NCBI RefSeq assembly: GCF_009834535.1
Contig: NC_045696.1
Location: forward strand, 114,578,001-114,642,000
Direction: 5' to 3'
Length of the DNA: 64,000 nucleotides
Source: Camelus ferus
Lineage: Eukaryota
Numbering within the stretch: position 1 is the stretch's first letter; each line of letters begins with the position of its first letter. The translations under genes and the position numbers were made by a program. The notes under the pieces are model-generated. The model was given only the letters and a program-made list of their open reading frames with translations. It was not told the DNA's origin and ran no database searches. Of the stretch, positions 63,083 to 64,000 are shown one piece after another.

Positions 63083-64000
63083 CATATTAATTAAGAGGCA
63101 TCTCAGAGTACCTCATTTTTCCCTAGCTTTTAATATTGATAAAATTCAGGATGAATTATTGAGTGTTGTTTTAGATTACGTTCATCAATTATGTCAAATA
63201 TACACACACACGTGCTAACATTCCTTGGCACTCTTCTCAACATCCAAATCAGGTACAACTTGAAGAAAATAATTTTATTTAACAATTTCTGGATATGCTC
63301 CATAGATTATTATGGCTAAGGCAGTATGATAAATGCGCCCTTGAAAAAAATCCAATTTTTTCTATCATTTTTGGATGGATAACTTATATTGGTTTTATAA
63401 ATAATTCTTAATTCTTTAGATATTCTGCCATTTGCTTCTGCATGTTATATTTTTGATTTCCTCCAACCTTGCTCCCAAGCTCTATTATCCTGCTTACTTA
63501 CACACACACACAAAATGAGGTCTAGAGACTGAAGTCTCTTAACAAACTCACGCAGCTAAGTGTTAGCAGAGTTAGGATCTGAACCCACATAGGACTGATT
63601 CCGAAACATAGTAAAGTTTTTGTGCTGCACAAGGACATCATCCTTTTGTGACCTTCTTAAAGCCCACCTTGGCAAAGCATTCAAAGACAAAGCATTCAAG
63701 ATGGAGGGAATTCCTGGGACCCCGGCTGGTGAATTTCCATGTGTAACTGACTCAACGGCGCCTTCTTTGATTAGAGGCTCAAAGCAGTCGTCAGTTTTAT
63801 TCCTTCAAGCATCGTATATGCTGTTGAGTTCAAGTAAATTAGTTCAAAGCCTGGATCAGATGGAATCATGCTGATTCCTTTTCTAACTTAAGTCCTCAGT
63901 TCTTCTGAGAGTAATTTAAGAAATCTATTGACAGTTTCCTTCAGTGAGGCTGTTAGCCAAAAAGCTTGAATCTACTCTCTCTCTCTCATCTTGGAGATTT

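Noticed and set aside
1..64000. Inferring the strand of a host gene from TE orientation
   Set aside because: Most L1s and both young SINEs are on the minus strand, suggesting a + gene. The two ERV1 LTRs and MLT1A are on the plus strand, suggesting the opposite. Counts are too small to decide.
1..64000. CRISPR array, operon, numt, rRNA or CpG-island promoter
   Set aside because: Mammalian CpG-depleted DNA with no repeat-spacer array, no mitochondrial or rRNA similarity that I can see, and no CpG island.

Overview
This is a 64-kb AT-rich, repeat-dense mammalian window. It is probably camelid, because it carries two tRNA-Ala-derived vic-1-type SINEs plus many short lineage-specific L1 3' ends. 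I recognise no protein-coding gene. The only ORFs with real homology are L1 ORF2 fragments; the rest of the ORF track looks like chance ORFs in intergenic or intronic DNA. The window holds young and old L1s (one twin-primed, two nested), two ERV1-type solo LTRs with 4-bp target-site duplications (TSDs), several MaLR LTRs, hAT/Tigger MITEs, MIR/L2 relics, microsatellites and a few repeat-free, enhancer-like blocks. The most interesting signal is at ~2.0-3.8 kb: a decayed tRNA head followed by a Deu-domain-like body (AmnSINE2-like ancient SINE), with a second diverged copy of its 3' half 1.4 kb downstream. Both copies keep the same motif blocks, so this is a candidate pair of exapted regulatory elements. 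I see no convincing new gene system. All repeat family names are by-eye recognition from memory, not database hits, and boundaries without TSDs are approximate.
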